In this document: positions 9,005 through 17,929 of the stretch, piece by piece
Layout of the letters: the number at the start of each line of letters is the position of its first letter
How positions within the stretch are numbered: position 1 is the stretch's first letter
NCBI GenBank assembly: GCA_009927045.1
Contig: RFNT01000218.1
Coordinates: 1-57,561, forward strand
Direction: 5' to 3'
Length of the DNA stretch: 57,561 nt
Source of the DNA: a bacterium
Lineage (GTDB): Bacteria > Bdellovibrionota > FAC87 > UBA2466
Position numbers and translations under genes: made by a program
The notes under the pieces: generated by a model
The model's input: the letters and a program-made list of their open reading frames with translations, nothing else
Databases searched by the model: none
What the model was told of the DNA's origin: nothing

Positions 9005-9499
9005 TCAGAAGCCGCGTAAGTGGGCGGCGATTTCTTCGGGCGTTCGATAGCCCGGAGCTTTGCGAGCTACTTTGGAGATAATGAAATAAAGTTTTTCGTC
9101 TGTGTTGCTAGGAGAGCGGACAATCCCATTTCGTTCAATCAAGCGCGTGACCACTTGAAAAGCCATACGATGGTTGCCATCGTTGAGTAAGTGAGAACCA
9201 GCGATATCTCGGATCACCACCCCAATTTTTTCCCAAAACGAATTTCTGTAGCTTGCGTTGATGAGGACTTGTTCAAATGATTTTCCCGGAAGCGGCGCAA
9301 TCGGAAGAAGGGGCGTGGATAGAGATTGAGCAATCTCTTCAAGTTCCTTTACCGAAATGCCCTCCGCAAATCCCCCATTGAGAGGATTTTGTCGGACCAG
9401 CTTGGGATAAACCGAAGTGCAATCGGTTGCAAAAACAAAATCGCCCAGCCCCAAAGGGCTGAGCGATAAATAGATCCAAGCGAATAAGTGAATTTTCAC
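9005..9499 (-). CDS. exported Doc/Fic-fold protein (Doc-like motif HLLNDGNHR)
   Basis: N-terminal signal-like MKIHLFAWIYLSLSPLGLGDFVFA. IAGSHLLNDGNHRMAFQVVTRLIERNGI aligns by eye with P1 Doc GHIFNDANKRTALNSALLFLRRNGV. GTGA overlap with the upstream gene. Confidence 0.72.
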   Translation of the reverse strand: MKIHLFAWIYLSLSPLGLGDFVFATDCTSVYPKLVRQNPLNGGFAEGISVKELEEIAQSLSTPLLPIAPLPGKSFEQVLINASYRNSFWEKIGVVIRDIAGSHLLNDGNHRMAFQVVTRLIERNGIVRSPSNTDEKLYFIISKVARKAPGYRTPEEIAAHLRGF

Positions 9500-10284
9500 T
9501 GACTGCTTTGGCTTGGGCTCACGGTCTCTTCAGGCTGCTCTTTATCATCCAGCGAAAGAGAAACCGCTTTGGCGCCTTCAAACTCTACATTCACTGCAAT
9601 CTTCGATTCCCCACCGCGACTTTCTGTGGTGGTGATTGCTAAGCTCGTAATAGCAGCTGCTGTTGCAGGCACTGCGAGTTTCTTCATGAGCTGAGCCATC
9701 ACTCGGCAGGATCGAGCCATGCCTTTATGCCCGCAATCCGAGGGGCAGACTAATTTCTTCAGTGTCTCAAGCTGTTCTTTCACGCTGCCTTTGATGCGTT
9801 TAACGAGATCCGTAAGGAAGAGCCCTTCTCTGCCTAATTTTTTATATTCGGCTTCGTTTTCAGGGGTTTTCTCTCGAGATTTTACAAAAGCTTCTTCACG
9901 CACCCGTAAGCCATCACGAGCGGCACTGTCTAAACCTTGAAATTGTCCTTCGAGCGATTTTCGGACTTCTTCTCGAACTTCAGCTCGAGAAGCTTTTACA
10001 GAAGCGTCTACCACATCACGGCGGGCTTTTTCGGTTTCAGAAGCTTCTACTGGGCGCTTTTTGGATCCTTCCGGAGCGGGACCACGTCCTTCAGAAATAC
10101 TACCGCAGGCACCGTTACAGCCATCTTTGTGTTCGCCCTGGCGCGCGCCTCTTTCTCGCTCTAAGCGTTCACGTTCTGATGCTCTTTTGGGAGCGGATCG
10201 CTTTGCTGGAGTCTCAGCAATGAGAGGCTGAGCTAATCCCAGCAATAATCCAAACACTGAAAGCAACGACAACGCTTGTTTCAT
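9496..10284 (-). CDS. secreted charged coiled-coil protein, unknown function
   Basis: ATG 10284 with AAGGAGA upstream. Signal peptide MKQALSLLSVFGLLLGLAQPLIA. Lys/Glu/Arg-rich. The ORF track start at 10374 is probably too far upstream. Confidence 0.7.
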   Translation of the reverse strand: MKQALSLLSVFGLLLGLAQPLIAETPAKRSAPKRASERERLERERGARQGEHKDGCNGACGSISEGRGPAPEGSKKRPVEASETEKARRDVVDASVKASRAEVREEVRKSLEGQFQGLDSAARDGLRVREEAFVKSREKTPENEAEYKKLGREGLFLTDLVKRIKGSVKEQLETLKKLVCPSDCGHKGMARSCRVMAQLMKKLAVPATAAAITSLAITTTESRGGESKIAVNVEFEGAKAVSLSLDDKEQPEETVSPSQSSQ

Positions 10285-10351
10285 ACTGTCTCCTTTTTCC
10301 GTGAAGTTCTCATTGTATCTCGAAACGGAGAGTGAAAAAAGGCGCTTTGTA

Positions 10352-11251
10352 CTACTTGTTGAGGAGATCCGCACACTGATTACTTGCGTCTAACTCTTTA
10401 CCAAGCTCTTGGGCAGCGAATCTGCCCACGCCGTTTGAGTTTGCGGCGCTGTCCCAATAGATGAGTCCGACTCCCCTGCCCAAATCCGCGGCCTTAGCCC
10501 ACCAGGCGGTCTCGGATACCGACTCCCATCGGGTGGGATTCATTTCTTGAAGAGGGCCACCTAAAAACACTACTGGTTTTTTGATGAGGAGCGCGAGTTG
10601 CGTTCGTTGTTGGGCGTTGAGATTTCCCAGCACCACAAGACGAGCGTCCCCCAGGTTCTGGAGTTCCGAGGACACAGCATTGAGCGTTTCTTCGAAGCTC
10701 AGCGTCTTCCAGTCGCTGCCCGTTTTATCCGGTTCTGAAAAACTCAAAAACAAAAACTCCTGCTTCTTGATTTGCATGCGTTGGAAAGTCTGAAAAGGGG
10801 GTTTTCCCTCAAGGTTGCGTAAATTGGTGCTGATGAAAGGAAGTTTGTGTCCTTTAATGTCGGATTGAAAACCCATCAGCGATGGTTCCAAATCTCTCAA
10901 GTCGACTGCATACAGAGCGACTCCTGCAAGTTCCCATACTTTGAGGAGTTTCTTTCTCCATTCCGAAATCTTTTTTTCCGATACCTCTTCTGCAGGCGGA
11001 ATTAAAAAGGAAAAAGCAGGTCCTACCTGAAGAAACAAATCTGTAGGGGTGAGTTCTATCTTCTTACAGAGACGACCAATCCCCCCCAAATCTATCAATG
11101 AACATCCGGCCTGGCCAAAGTTGAGGCCCACTCCGTTTTGAAACATAAAGACGGGATACGCCTCCGGAGCTACCGCATTTTTTCTCGTCAGACAGCTCCC
11201 AAGGGCTAAAGTAATGATCAAAAAGGACGCAGCTAACAGCGGACGTTTCAC
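10352..11251 (-). CDS. candidate nested/in-frame lipoprotein (299 aa) in the 3' third of the 976-aa ORF
   Basis: GTG 11251 with AAAGG 8 nt upstream gives M/V-KRPLLAASFLIITLALGSC, a canonical lipobox signal. The downstream domain looks globular. Confidence 0.45.
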   Translation of the reverse strand: MKRPLLAASFLIITLALGSCLTRKNAVAPEAYPVFMFQNGVGLNFGQAGCSLIDLGGIGRLCKKIELTPTDLFLQVGPAFSFLIPPAEEVSEKKISEWRKKLLKVWELAGVALYAVDLRDLEPSLMGFQSDIKGHKLPFISTNLRNLEGKPPFQTFQRMQIKKQEFLFLSFSEPDKTGSDWKTLSFEETLNAVSSELQNLGDARLVVLGNLNAQQRTQLALLIKKPVVFLGGPLQEMNPTRWESVSETAWWAKAADLGRGVGLIYWDSAANSNGVGRFAAQELGKELDASNQCADLLNK

Positions 11252-13282
11252 TGCGGCCGCCTTTCGAAAAATTCTTCGGCAAGGACAGAGGCGCGCTGAG
11301 GATCTAACTCTTCTAAAATCACGATGAGCTCCTGTTTTGCCTGCTGTGAAGTCGTTCTGGATCGCAAACGCGTTCGACAAGCTCTGCGCTTTCCTCTGGG
11401 CTCGACCGTTCACCCCTTGAGACGACCGTGCACCTGTGAAGCGAGCAGCGCCCCCTTGACCGTCGGATGCGCGACCAAAATCTGGCAGAATATGTTCTTC
11501 GGCAAGAAACTGAGTCACACGTTCAGCAGCCGTTCGGACTTGTTGACCGGCGGAACGCTCGAAGTTCTGGAGTGCTTGCAGAGCTGCAGGTTTATCTGAA
11601 AAGTGTTGTTGCGCAAAAGCAGAGTTCGGTTGAGTTACAGCGCCCATCGTGAGCGCCGGTGTCACTAAGGATCTCGCAGCGGCCATTTGTGGAAGTGTTT
11701 CAGAGAGGCCGCCGATGAGATTCACTACGCCCTCAAACCGCGCCATTTGTTGTTGATACTCAGCCACTCGCTCTGGGGTTTCACTGCCAGCAAGCCGTTG
11801 GAGATTCACAGTCGCCGCTCTCAAAGCCGCATGTTCTTTTTGCAGTTGGGCATTCAGTTCTTTGAAAAGGCCATCTTGCTCTCTTAAAAGTTCAGCAGAG
11901 CGCTTGGAGTGGTTCCAAGCCCCCTCGCGGGAAATTTGTAACAACTCTTCATTGATTTGAACCAAACGGCGCGCTCCTTCGGGGCTTATCACCGCCCCCG
12001 AACGCACTACCTCTTGAAAACGACTATTCGCTTCCCGCAGACGACTTTCAACAAACTCCTGATAACCCCGACGTGTTTCAGGTGTCGCCTGAGCGAGATC
12101 TTGTGGCCGAAGAGACGCAATGACAGAAGCCATCAATTCAGCTTCCACCCGAGGGTCGACTTTTGCATTTTGAGGGTCACCGCCCCTTCTAAAAAGCTGG
12201 CTCAATAAAGTTCTGGAATCTGATTTTGATTTCCGTGCCTGCTCCCGGAGAGAAGAGCGGAGGGCTTCAGCGCCCCCGGAAAGGTAAACTTCTTGTAAGC
12301 GTCGATGCTCTGCCCGCTGGATTCCAGAGCGGGTAATACCCAAACCGATGTACATGGAAGTAGCGTTGTGTTGCAGGAACTGGCGAGTCCAATCTTCCCA
12401 ATTAGCAGCTTCAGTCCCGGTATAACCATGCATTGCTTGGCTGACCCCAGCTCGAGTTGATGCATCGATACCGGTAAATAAAAGAGTGCCCATGAGGAGG
12501 TTTGCCGCATTCGGGGTGGTTCTGCCCAGAGTTCGCATGAGCGCATTGGAAGAAGCCCCCGCTGCTCCAAACCGAGCACCCTCAACCGTGTTATGGATGA
12601 AAGCTTCAGTAAGTCGTTGGGTATCGGTACGGGGTCCCCCTTCTCTAAATTTTTCCTCGTGTCGAAGGCTGTCTCTTGAACGCCCAAAGCCAAAATCAGA
12701 AAGTTGTTGAGGTCCTAAGCTTGGGATCTGCACGGTTCCAGAAACTTCGCCCAGCGTTCCAGCAAAGCCCATTTCTAGGGGCAGTGCTACAAACCGGGGC
12801 CCAGGAAGCTTAGCCAAGCTGAGGTCCCGAAAAAACTTGGCGCTGTCAGTGAATTGTTGGACGCGATCAAAGTTTGCAACGCTTGAAAGGAAATCTCTTT
12901 TTCTAGAGAACGGAACTGCTTCGCCGTGGAGTCCTTGGATTTCATCGATCACTCCGTTGTGATCAATATCGAGCGATTGTTCGAGTTCGAATTCGAACAT
13001 GGCCTGGAGGAAAGCTTTCCGTTTCTCAGGTTCGGTGGGTAGCCCTTGGGAATCTCGAGGGCCCCATTTGGGATCAGAACCCGGATGTTCGGGATACTTC
13101 TTCCAGGGCTCGCCTTTTCGACCCAAGGCAATTTTTTCCTCAATTAAGTGGTGCGTGTTGTTCGGAAACGAATGGATGATCCCTTCCGCTAGCAAATCAA
13201 TCCCCGAAAATGCTGTTGAAGTGATGAGCCCGTGCTTCGTTGCTGCTACGTAGCCGGTTTTAATTGCATTCAATGCTTGCAA
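10352..13282 (-). CDS. 976-aa ORF, unknown function; EF-hand-like loop DIDHNGVIDEIQ; may be two genes
   Basis: Continuous frame with a TTG start overlapping the upstream gene by 13 nt. Helical Arg/Gln-rich middle. A low-complexity stretch precedes an internal lipoprotein signal at 11251. Confidence 0.65.
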   Translation of the reverse strand: MQALNAIKTGYVAATKHGLITSTAFSGIDLLAEGIIHSFPNNTHHLIEEKIALGRKGEPWKKYPEHPGSDPKWGPRDSQGLPTEPEKRKAFLQAMFEFELEQSLDIDHNGVIDEIQGLHGEAVPFSRKRDFLSSVANFDRVQQFTDSAKFFRDLSLAKLPGPRFVALPLEMGFAGTLGEVSGTVQIPSLGPQQLSDFGFGRSRDSLRHEEKFREGGPRTDTQRLTEAFIHNTVEGARFGAAGASSNALMRTLGRTTPNAANLLMGTLLFTGIDASTRAGVSQAMHGYTGTEAANWEDWTRQFLQHNATSMYIGLGITRSGIQRAEHRRLQEVYLSGGAEALRSSLREQARKSKSDSRTLLSQLFRRGGDPQNAKVDPRVEAELMASVIASLRPQDLAQATPETRRGYQEFVESRLREANSRFQEVVRSGAVISPEGARRLVQINEELLQISREGAWNHSKRSAELLREQDGLFKELNAQLQKEHAALRAATVNLQRLAGSETPERVAEYQQQMARFEGVVNLIGGLSETLPQMAAARSLVTPALTMGAVTQPNSAFAQQHFSDKPAALQALQNFERSAGQQVRTAAERVTQFLAEEHILPDFGRASDGQGGAARFTGARSSQGVNGRAQRKAQSLSNAFAIQNDFTAGKTGAHRDFRRVRSSARLCPCRRIFRKAAAVKRPLLAASFLIITLALGSCLTRKNAVAPEAYPVFMFQNGVGLNFGQAGCSLIDLGGIGRLCKKIELTPTDLFLQVGPAFSFLIPPAEEVSEKKISEWRKKLLKVWELAGVALYAVDLRDLEPSLMGFQSDIKGHKLPFISTNLRNLEGKPPFQTFQRMQIKKQEFLFLSFSEPDKTGSDWKTLSFEETLNAVSSELQNLGDARLVVLGNLNAQQRTQLALLIKKPVVFLGGPLQEMNPTRWESVSETAWWAKAADLGRGVGLIYWDSAANSNGVGRFAAQELGKELDASNQCADLLNK

Positions 13283-16200
13283 GCTCTCAGAGTATTCCTT
13301 GCTGCAAATGCAGCTCTGCCCGTTCCTTGTGCAATTTGTGCGAGCGGCCCGACCAGCTTGGCGGGGAGTGAAACTGCGCCCAGGGGAAGTGTCGCTACCA
13401 TCACTGAGAGTGAGTGGATCGTTTCCACTTTTGAAAGCAGTTTATGGATCGCTTCTTCTTCTTGGTTCAAGAGGCGTCGCATTTCATGGACCTCGTTGCC
13501 ACGGAACTGGTCTGCAGTGAGTCCCTGCCCGTTTGCCACTGGGATTTTTCCAAGCTGCCCCAAGGCTTGCCGAAGCTGTACATAATCATTGTAAGAGGCT
13601 TGGAGTTCCTGCGCTTCAGTCGTCTGAGAAGGATCCCACCCGGCCATTGCGCCGAAGTAACTTTTAAACGCATGGCCAGCCCCTTGGTAATTGTGTTGCG
13701 CTAAGTAGGAACGCGACCGGGCTTCTATAATGGCATCAACTTTTTTGCGTGCATCGGCCGCAAGTTTTTGAACTGGTGAAAACTCTGCGGTGAGTTTCCC
13801 ATCGGCAGATAACTTCATGCGCACAGCCGTTTCCTCAGTGAGCGGAAACCAAACAGGAGTGGGAATGCCATCGGGATTTTTAGCATCAAGCGCTCGGATC
13901 TGATCCCAGGTGAGTGCAGTAGATAGAGGACTCGCTCCGGCTTGTATCCCCGCACGAGCCAAAAAGCTCAGGAATGAAGAGGCGTTGGCACCATCGGCAA
14001 TCAAGGTTCCCTCAGATTCGTGGGCTCCTTGGAAAATCAAGTCGATATTTTTTGCTTTGGAAAGCAAATCCAAAAGCTTGGCATCCACTTTCGATTGCTG
14101 GGTGAGGATCAAGGCGTTTCGGATGGGGTCGTAAACAATATTGTGATCGTGCTCGAGGCGCCGAATATCTTGAGCCGTGAGCGAAGGGCTTGAGTTTGAT
14201 GTGGCGGTGTCTGTGGATAGCCCCCACTGCGCTAATTTTTTCTGGGAGGTAGTCTCCTCTTTCCGAAGTTCCTTCATCAGAGCGCCCTTGCGAGCAACGG
14301 CTCCACCCAAAGCGCCCTCTCGAGCTTGTGCTTCCCGGATGCGATCAAGATTGTCAGATTCAATGAGGGCGGCTTCAGCGGATGCCCACAAAGGATCGGT
14401 TTCCTCAAGCAGTTTGGTTTCGTCGGCTAACTGTTGGACCAAACGTTCTCCCAGCGCAGCTACCCGGCCGGGCTTTTCAAAGCTGGAACTCGTCCACCCG
14501 AGTGAACCGGGAGAGATCCCATCTCCCGAACAGCCGAACTGATCGGAGAAGAAATTAAGGCGAGATTCTTGGAGCTCTGATTGAGCGCTGCCATCCTGAA
14601 GCCAGAGATACAATTTCCTCATCGCTAACACATTGCTGTGGCTTGGTGTTTGTGAAATAAGAGCAGATTGGAGACAGCCTAAAAAGCTTTGTAGAGCCTC
14701 TCGTTGGTTGGCGTCCTCCAAACCCATAGCTGTGGATTCCAGTTGTGCCAATAGGGGTACCAAAAGCTGAGCGAGTTCAGAAGCAGTCTTCGAAGCCTCT
14801 CTTCGCTGGGCTTGCAACTTAGGAAAGAGATCTTTGAGATGAGCCCGTTGTTCCGGAGTGAGCTCTTCTGGAGCGTCGGCTGTTCCCATTCGAGCAGCTC
14901 GTTCAATGGGGGAGATTGGTCGTAAGTGACTGGCGCCCGTAGAAGCGAGGAGTTCGGGATCGGCAAAAAAGTAACTTTGTCGGAGCTTGCTATTTTTCGG
15001 AAGGATTGCATCTAATCGGGAAAGCGCTTCGGCGACTTGTGGATTAGCAACAGCTTCTCGCTCGAGAAGTCGTTGTCTTAAGTGGGACGGTATTCCAGTG
15101 GAGGTTCCCAGAAACTGCCGAGCATTTCTCATCAGATCCGCTTCAAGTTTTTCCACACAGCGAGGATCGCTTTTTCCCCGACAAAGGGTTTCCAGCTGGG
15201 AGGATTCCTCTCGCAGCGTCCCGAGAATGGCCTCTGGATGATAAGCAAAGTCGGAAGTTTTCAGATCTCGGTCCGTCACATCTTCAAGACCCATTTCGTC
15301 TAGGAGTGCGAGTGCCAATAGATGGGCATCTCGCTCTTGTGTTTTGGTGGCATCCTGCCCCAGTTCAATCGCTTTTCGTTTTAACTGGTTCCGGACCTCG
15401 GCGTATTCGGCAGTGAATTCCTTAGGAAAGCCACGAAGCAATTGAGTCGCTTGGGAGGAAACTCCTATTTGGGCCAATTCAGTAACGGCGGCATTAAAAG
15501 CAGTTCGGTCTTTGAAAAGCACTTCCATTAAATCGCTGGTCGATCCGGTTTGAAGAAAGCTTTCCAGTGCTTCTAAGCTCTCCCCGCCGAGTTTTTTGGG
15601 GGTGAGATCCACCGTGAGCCGATTGAGGACCTTTTGGAGTGCTAGCGGGTAACGGGAAACATTTTCAATAGCTCGAGCTGAAATTGGGAACTTGGATTGG
15701 GGGAGTTCTTTTTCTAATTTCGTTCTGAGTGGTGAGAGCACATGGAAGTCAGCTGTGTTTTTTGATCGTGCCTGCTCGCTCTGGGAATCGATGACATCGG
15801 CGGCTGTCGGGTCTTTCGGAGACAGTGCCAGAACGGCTCTTCTGGCGGCATCGCGAAGCGCTAAGTGTTGCGGGCTTAAGGAATCAAACTCCTCCGTATA
15901 ACCATTCACTGCTCGAGCCAGTGATTGAATAGCCTGTTGAATAGCTACTTTTTGTTGGTGTTCGGAAGTGTTCCCTAATGATTGAACAAAATGGCTTAAA
16001 TCTTTTTCTAAGCGAGCAGTGGGAGATTGAACATTCACTTGGGCCTCTTTGTCGTGATCTGTGGAATGTACAGAGGTCCTTCCTTGGGTTGCCCCCGTGT
16101 CTACTAGGGATTCCCAAGTGGGAGCGCCCAGCGCTTTTCGAAGTGCTGCAGAGAGATCTTTTCCCTGAGCACTGGCCATTTGCGCGCCATCGAGTTTGAA

Positions 16201-16989
16201 GCTGGGGGAAAGAGCAGCCCGCACATAGTTTCCAATGATGGGGTGAATCCAGTAATCAAAGTCGGGATGTTCGCTCAGAAGCGCTGCAAATGTGCGCAAG
16301 CTTTCGGGCTCTCCCGATTGGATGCGCTTGAGTTGTTTAAGCAAGTCTTCATGGAGAGATAACGGTTGAGGTAGAGTACGTTCATTCAGTTCGATTTGTT
16401 TGAATAAAGCACGGACAAACTCTTTGAGTTCGGAATTGTCCTGCGCCTCTGCCAGAACCCGTGAAAACTCCTGCAGGAGCGACCGCATTTTTCGTAATCG
16501 CAGTAAGTCTTCTTCTTGAGCATGAGGATTTTTATTTTTTTGGAGTGCACCTCGCACGGGTTGAAAGTGTTGAAAGAGATCTTCTTGTTTCAGAAGTTGG
16601 TTCAAAGTTTTAAATGCATCGGTGTGCCCTGCCCCGGTACAGAGGAAGGCTTGAGCAACTGCTGAGCGGAAAGCGCTGTCCGTGGGAGCTGTGTGCCGCC
16701 AACCCACAGTGGCCAGATAAGTGGTGGGTGGAGTTGCTCCTCGACTTCCGCTGATGGCATACTTGGTTTCAGTGACTTCAGCGATAGGAAACAGGGACCC
16801 TGAAGAAACTTTTTTGTTTTCAAGTGGGGCAGCTCCGAACTGGGTTTCAAAAGAAGTGCTAGAGCATTGAGACGCTAAAGAAGCAACTTTTTGGCGAGAG
16901 GGCTTTTTTGAATTGCGGTGTTCGCCAAAAACAAGAACGGAGAACGCAAGCATTCCCAAATACGCCAGCTTGAACCGGAAAACTTTCAT
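13270..16989 (-). CDS. giant secreted alpha-helical protein (about 1239 aa), unknown function
   Basis: ATG 16989 with AGGGG upstream gives the signal peptide MKVFRFKLAYLGMLAFSVLVFG. A long uninterrupted frame with a hydrophobic C-terminus. First gene of the minus-strand operon. Confidence 0.8.
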   Translation of the reverse strand: MKVFRFKLAYLGMLAFSVLVFGEHRNSKKPSRQKVASLASQCSSTSFETQFGAAPLENKKVSSGSLFPIAEVTETKYAISGSRGATPPTTYLATVGWRHTAPTDSAFRSAVAQAFLCTGAGHTDAFKTLNQLLKQEDLFQHFQPVRGALQKNKNPHAQEEDLLRLRKMRSLLQEFSRVLAEAQDNSELKEFVRALFKQIELNERTLPQPLSLHEDLLKQLKRIQSGEPESLRTFAALLSEHPDFDYWIHPIIGNYVRAALSPSFKLDGAQMASAQGKDLSAALRKALGAPTWESLVDTGATQGRTSVHSTDHDKEAQVNVQSPTARLEKDLSHFVQSLGNTSEHQQKVAIQQAIQSLARAVNGYTEEFDSLSPQHLALRDAARRAVLALSPKDPTAADVIDSQSEQARSKNTADFHVLSPLRTKLEKELPQSKFPISARAIENVSRYPLALQKVLNRLTVDLTPKKLGGESLEALESFLQTGSTSDLMEVLFKDRTAFNAAVTELAQIGVSSQATQLLRGFPKEFTAEYAEVRNQLKRKAIELGQDATKTQERDAHLLALALLDEMGLEDVTDRDLKTSDFAYHPEAILGTLREESSQLETLCRGKSDPRCVEKLEADLMRNARQFLGTSTGIPSHLRQRLLEREAVANPQVAEALSRLDAILPKNSKLRQSYFFADPELLASTGASHLRPISPIERAARMGTADAPEELTPEQRAHLKDLFPKLQAQRREASKTASELAQLLVPLLAQLESTAMGLEDANQREALQSFLGCLQSALISQTPSHSNVLAMRKLYLWLQDGSAQSELQESRLNFFSDQFGCSGDGISPGSLGWTSSSFEKPGRVAALGERLVQQLADETKLLEETDPLWASAEAALIESDNLDRIREAQAREGALGGAVARKGALMKELRKEETTSQKKLAQWGLSTDTATSNSSPSLTAQDIRRLEHDHNIVYDPIRNALILTQQSKVDAKLLDLLSKAKNIDLIFQGAHESEGTLIADGANASSFLSFLARAGIQAGASPLSTALTWDQIRALDAKNPDGIPTPVWFPLTEETAVRMKLSADGKLTAEFSPVQKLAADARKKVDAIIEARSRSYLAQHNYQGAGHAFKSYFGAMAGWDPSQTTEAQELQASYNDYVQLRQALGQLGKIPVANGQGLTADQFRGNEVHEMRRLLNQEEEAIHKLLSKVETIHSLSVMVATLPLGAVSLPAKLVGPLAQIAQGTGRAAFAARNTLRACKH

Positions 16990-17262
16990 AAACCCCTGTG
17001 AATACAGCCTAAAAGCTACAAGTTTTAGGCCACCCTTAAGCACTGTGTTATCGGCAAAACGGCCGAGAAACTTGAATTTGGCAGAATACGCAAACCATTG
17101 AAATGTCGATGGATTTTACGGCTTTTTACGGGCCCAGAGAGCCCACTTAAAAAAGAGTGTGAGAACGGGGGTATAGGTCGGTGCCAGATCCCTATTCAGG
17201 GGCCTGATGTAAATACAGTGATTGGTTTTGAATCAATACCTCCCTATGAGAAGATAAGGCCC

Positions 17263-17835
17263 ATGTTTTTTTACTCCATTTTGATTTCAGCAGTTCAAAT
17301 TTTAACGCCGATTCAAAAGAGCAAGCCCGTTCAATTGGTCCCTGTCACTTATGAGTTGATGTCGCAACCGGGGCGCTCTAGAAATCCGAATCTCTCTGGA
17401 ACTCCCACCCTTTTTGAGAGCCCCCTTCCGGGAACGACCCCCATCAAGTTCAAACAAGGGAGTGGCAAATCGATTTATTCCCAAGAATCCGGGGCGCTGT
17501 TTGAGGAGCTGGATCTCGTTGTGGATGGGAAAAGAAGAAAACGAGTGCTTCAGAGAATTGTTTTTGGCGGCCCAGAAGTCGTCAGTGGTCAGGTTTTCTC
17601 ATTGCTTCCCGCAGCCCGACAAGAACTGGGCAGATATTTTTCAGAGAATTTTCGGACCGGAAAAACCACAGAAGACTTTTCGAGAGCCCTCTTTGTGTTA
17701 CAAACCATGGATCAGAAGCAAGTAAACTTTGATCTGCCCTGTAAGTTTGTAAAAACCCACCGACTTGAAATTTTAGAAAAAGTTCAAATCAAGCGAGAGA
17801 TTTTTGAATTACTGTTAGCAGGAACCTGTTCGTAA
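17263..17835 (+). CDS. hypothetical protein (190 aa)
   Basis: ATG 17263 preceded by TAAGG, with a hydrophobic N-terminus MFFYSILISAVQIL. The stop codon abuts the first base of tRNA-Sec. Confidence 0.5.
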   Translation: MFFYSILISAVQILTPIQKSKPVQLVPVTYELMSQPGRSRNPNLSGTPTLFESPLPGTTPIKFKQGSGKSIYSQESGALFEELDLVVDGKRRKRVLQRIVFGGPEVVSGQVFSLLPAARQELGRYFSENFRTGKTTEDFSRALFVLQTMDQKQVNFDLPCKFVKTHRLEILEKVQIKREIFELLLAGTCS

Positions 17836-17929
17836 GGGAGTGGAAGGGTCTCTGGTGTGCCCCTCGGATTTCAAATCCGAAGGCGGGTGCTTATGGCGTC
17901 CGCGGTGAGTTCGATTCTCACCCCTCCCG
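17836..17929 (+). tRNA. selC: tRNA-Sec (anticodon UCA)
   Basis: Acceptor GGGAGTG(G)/CCCTCCC. Anticodon arm TCGGA-TTTCAAA-TCCGA with U33 and UCA. An 8-bp long variable arm GCGGGTGC..GCGTCCGC. T arm GTGAG-TTCGATT-CTCAC. Adjacent to selB and selA. The D arm is imperfect by eye. Confidence 0.85.
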
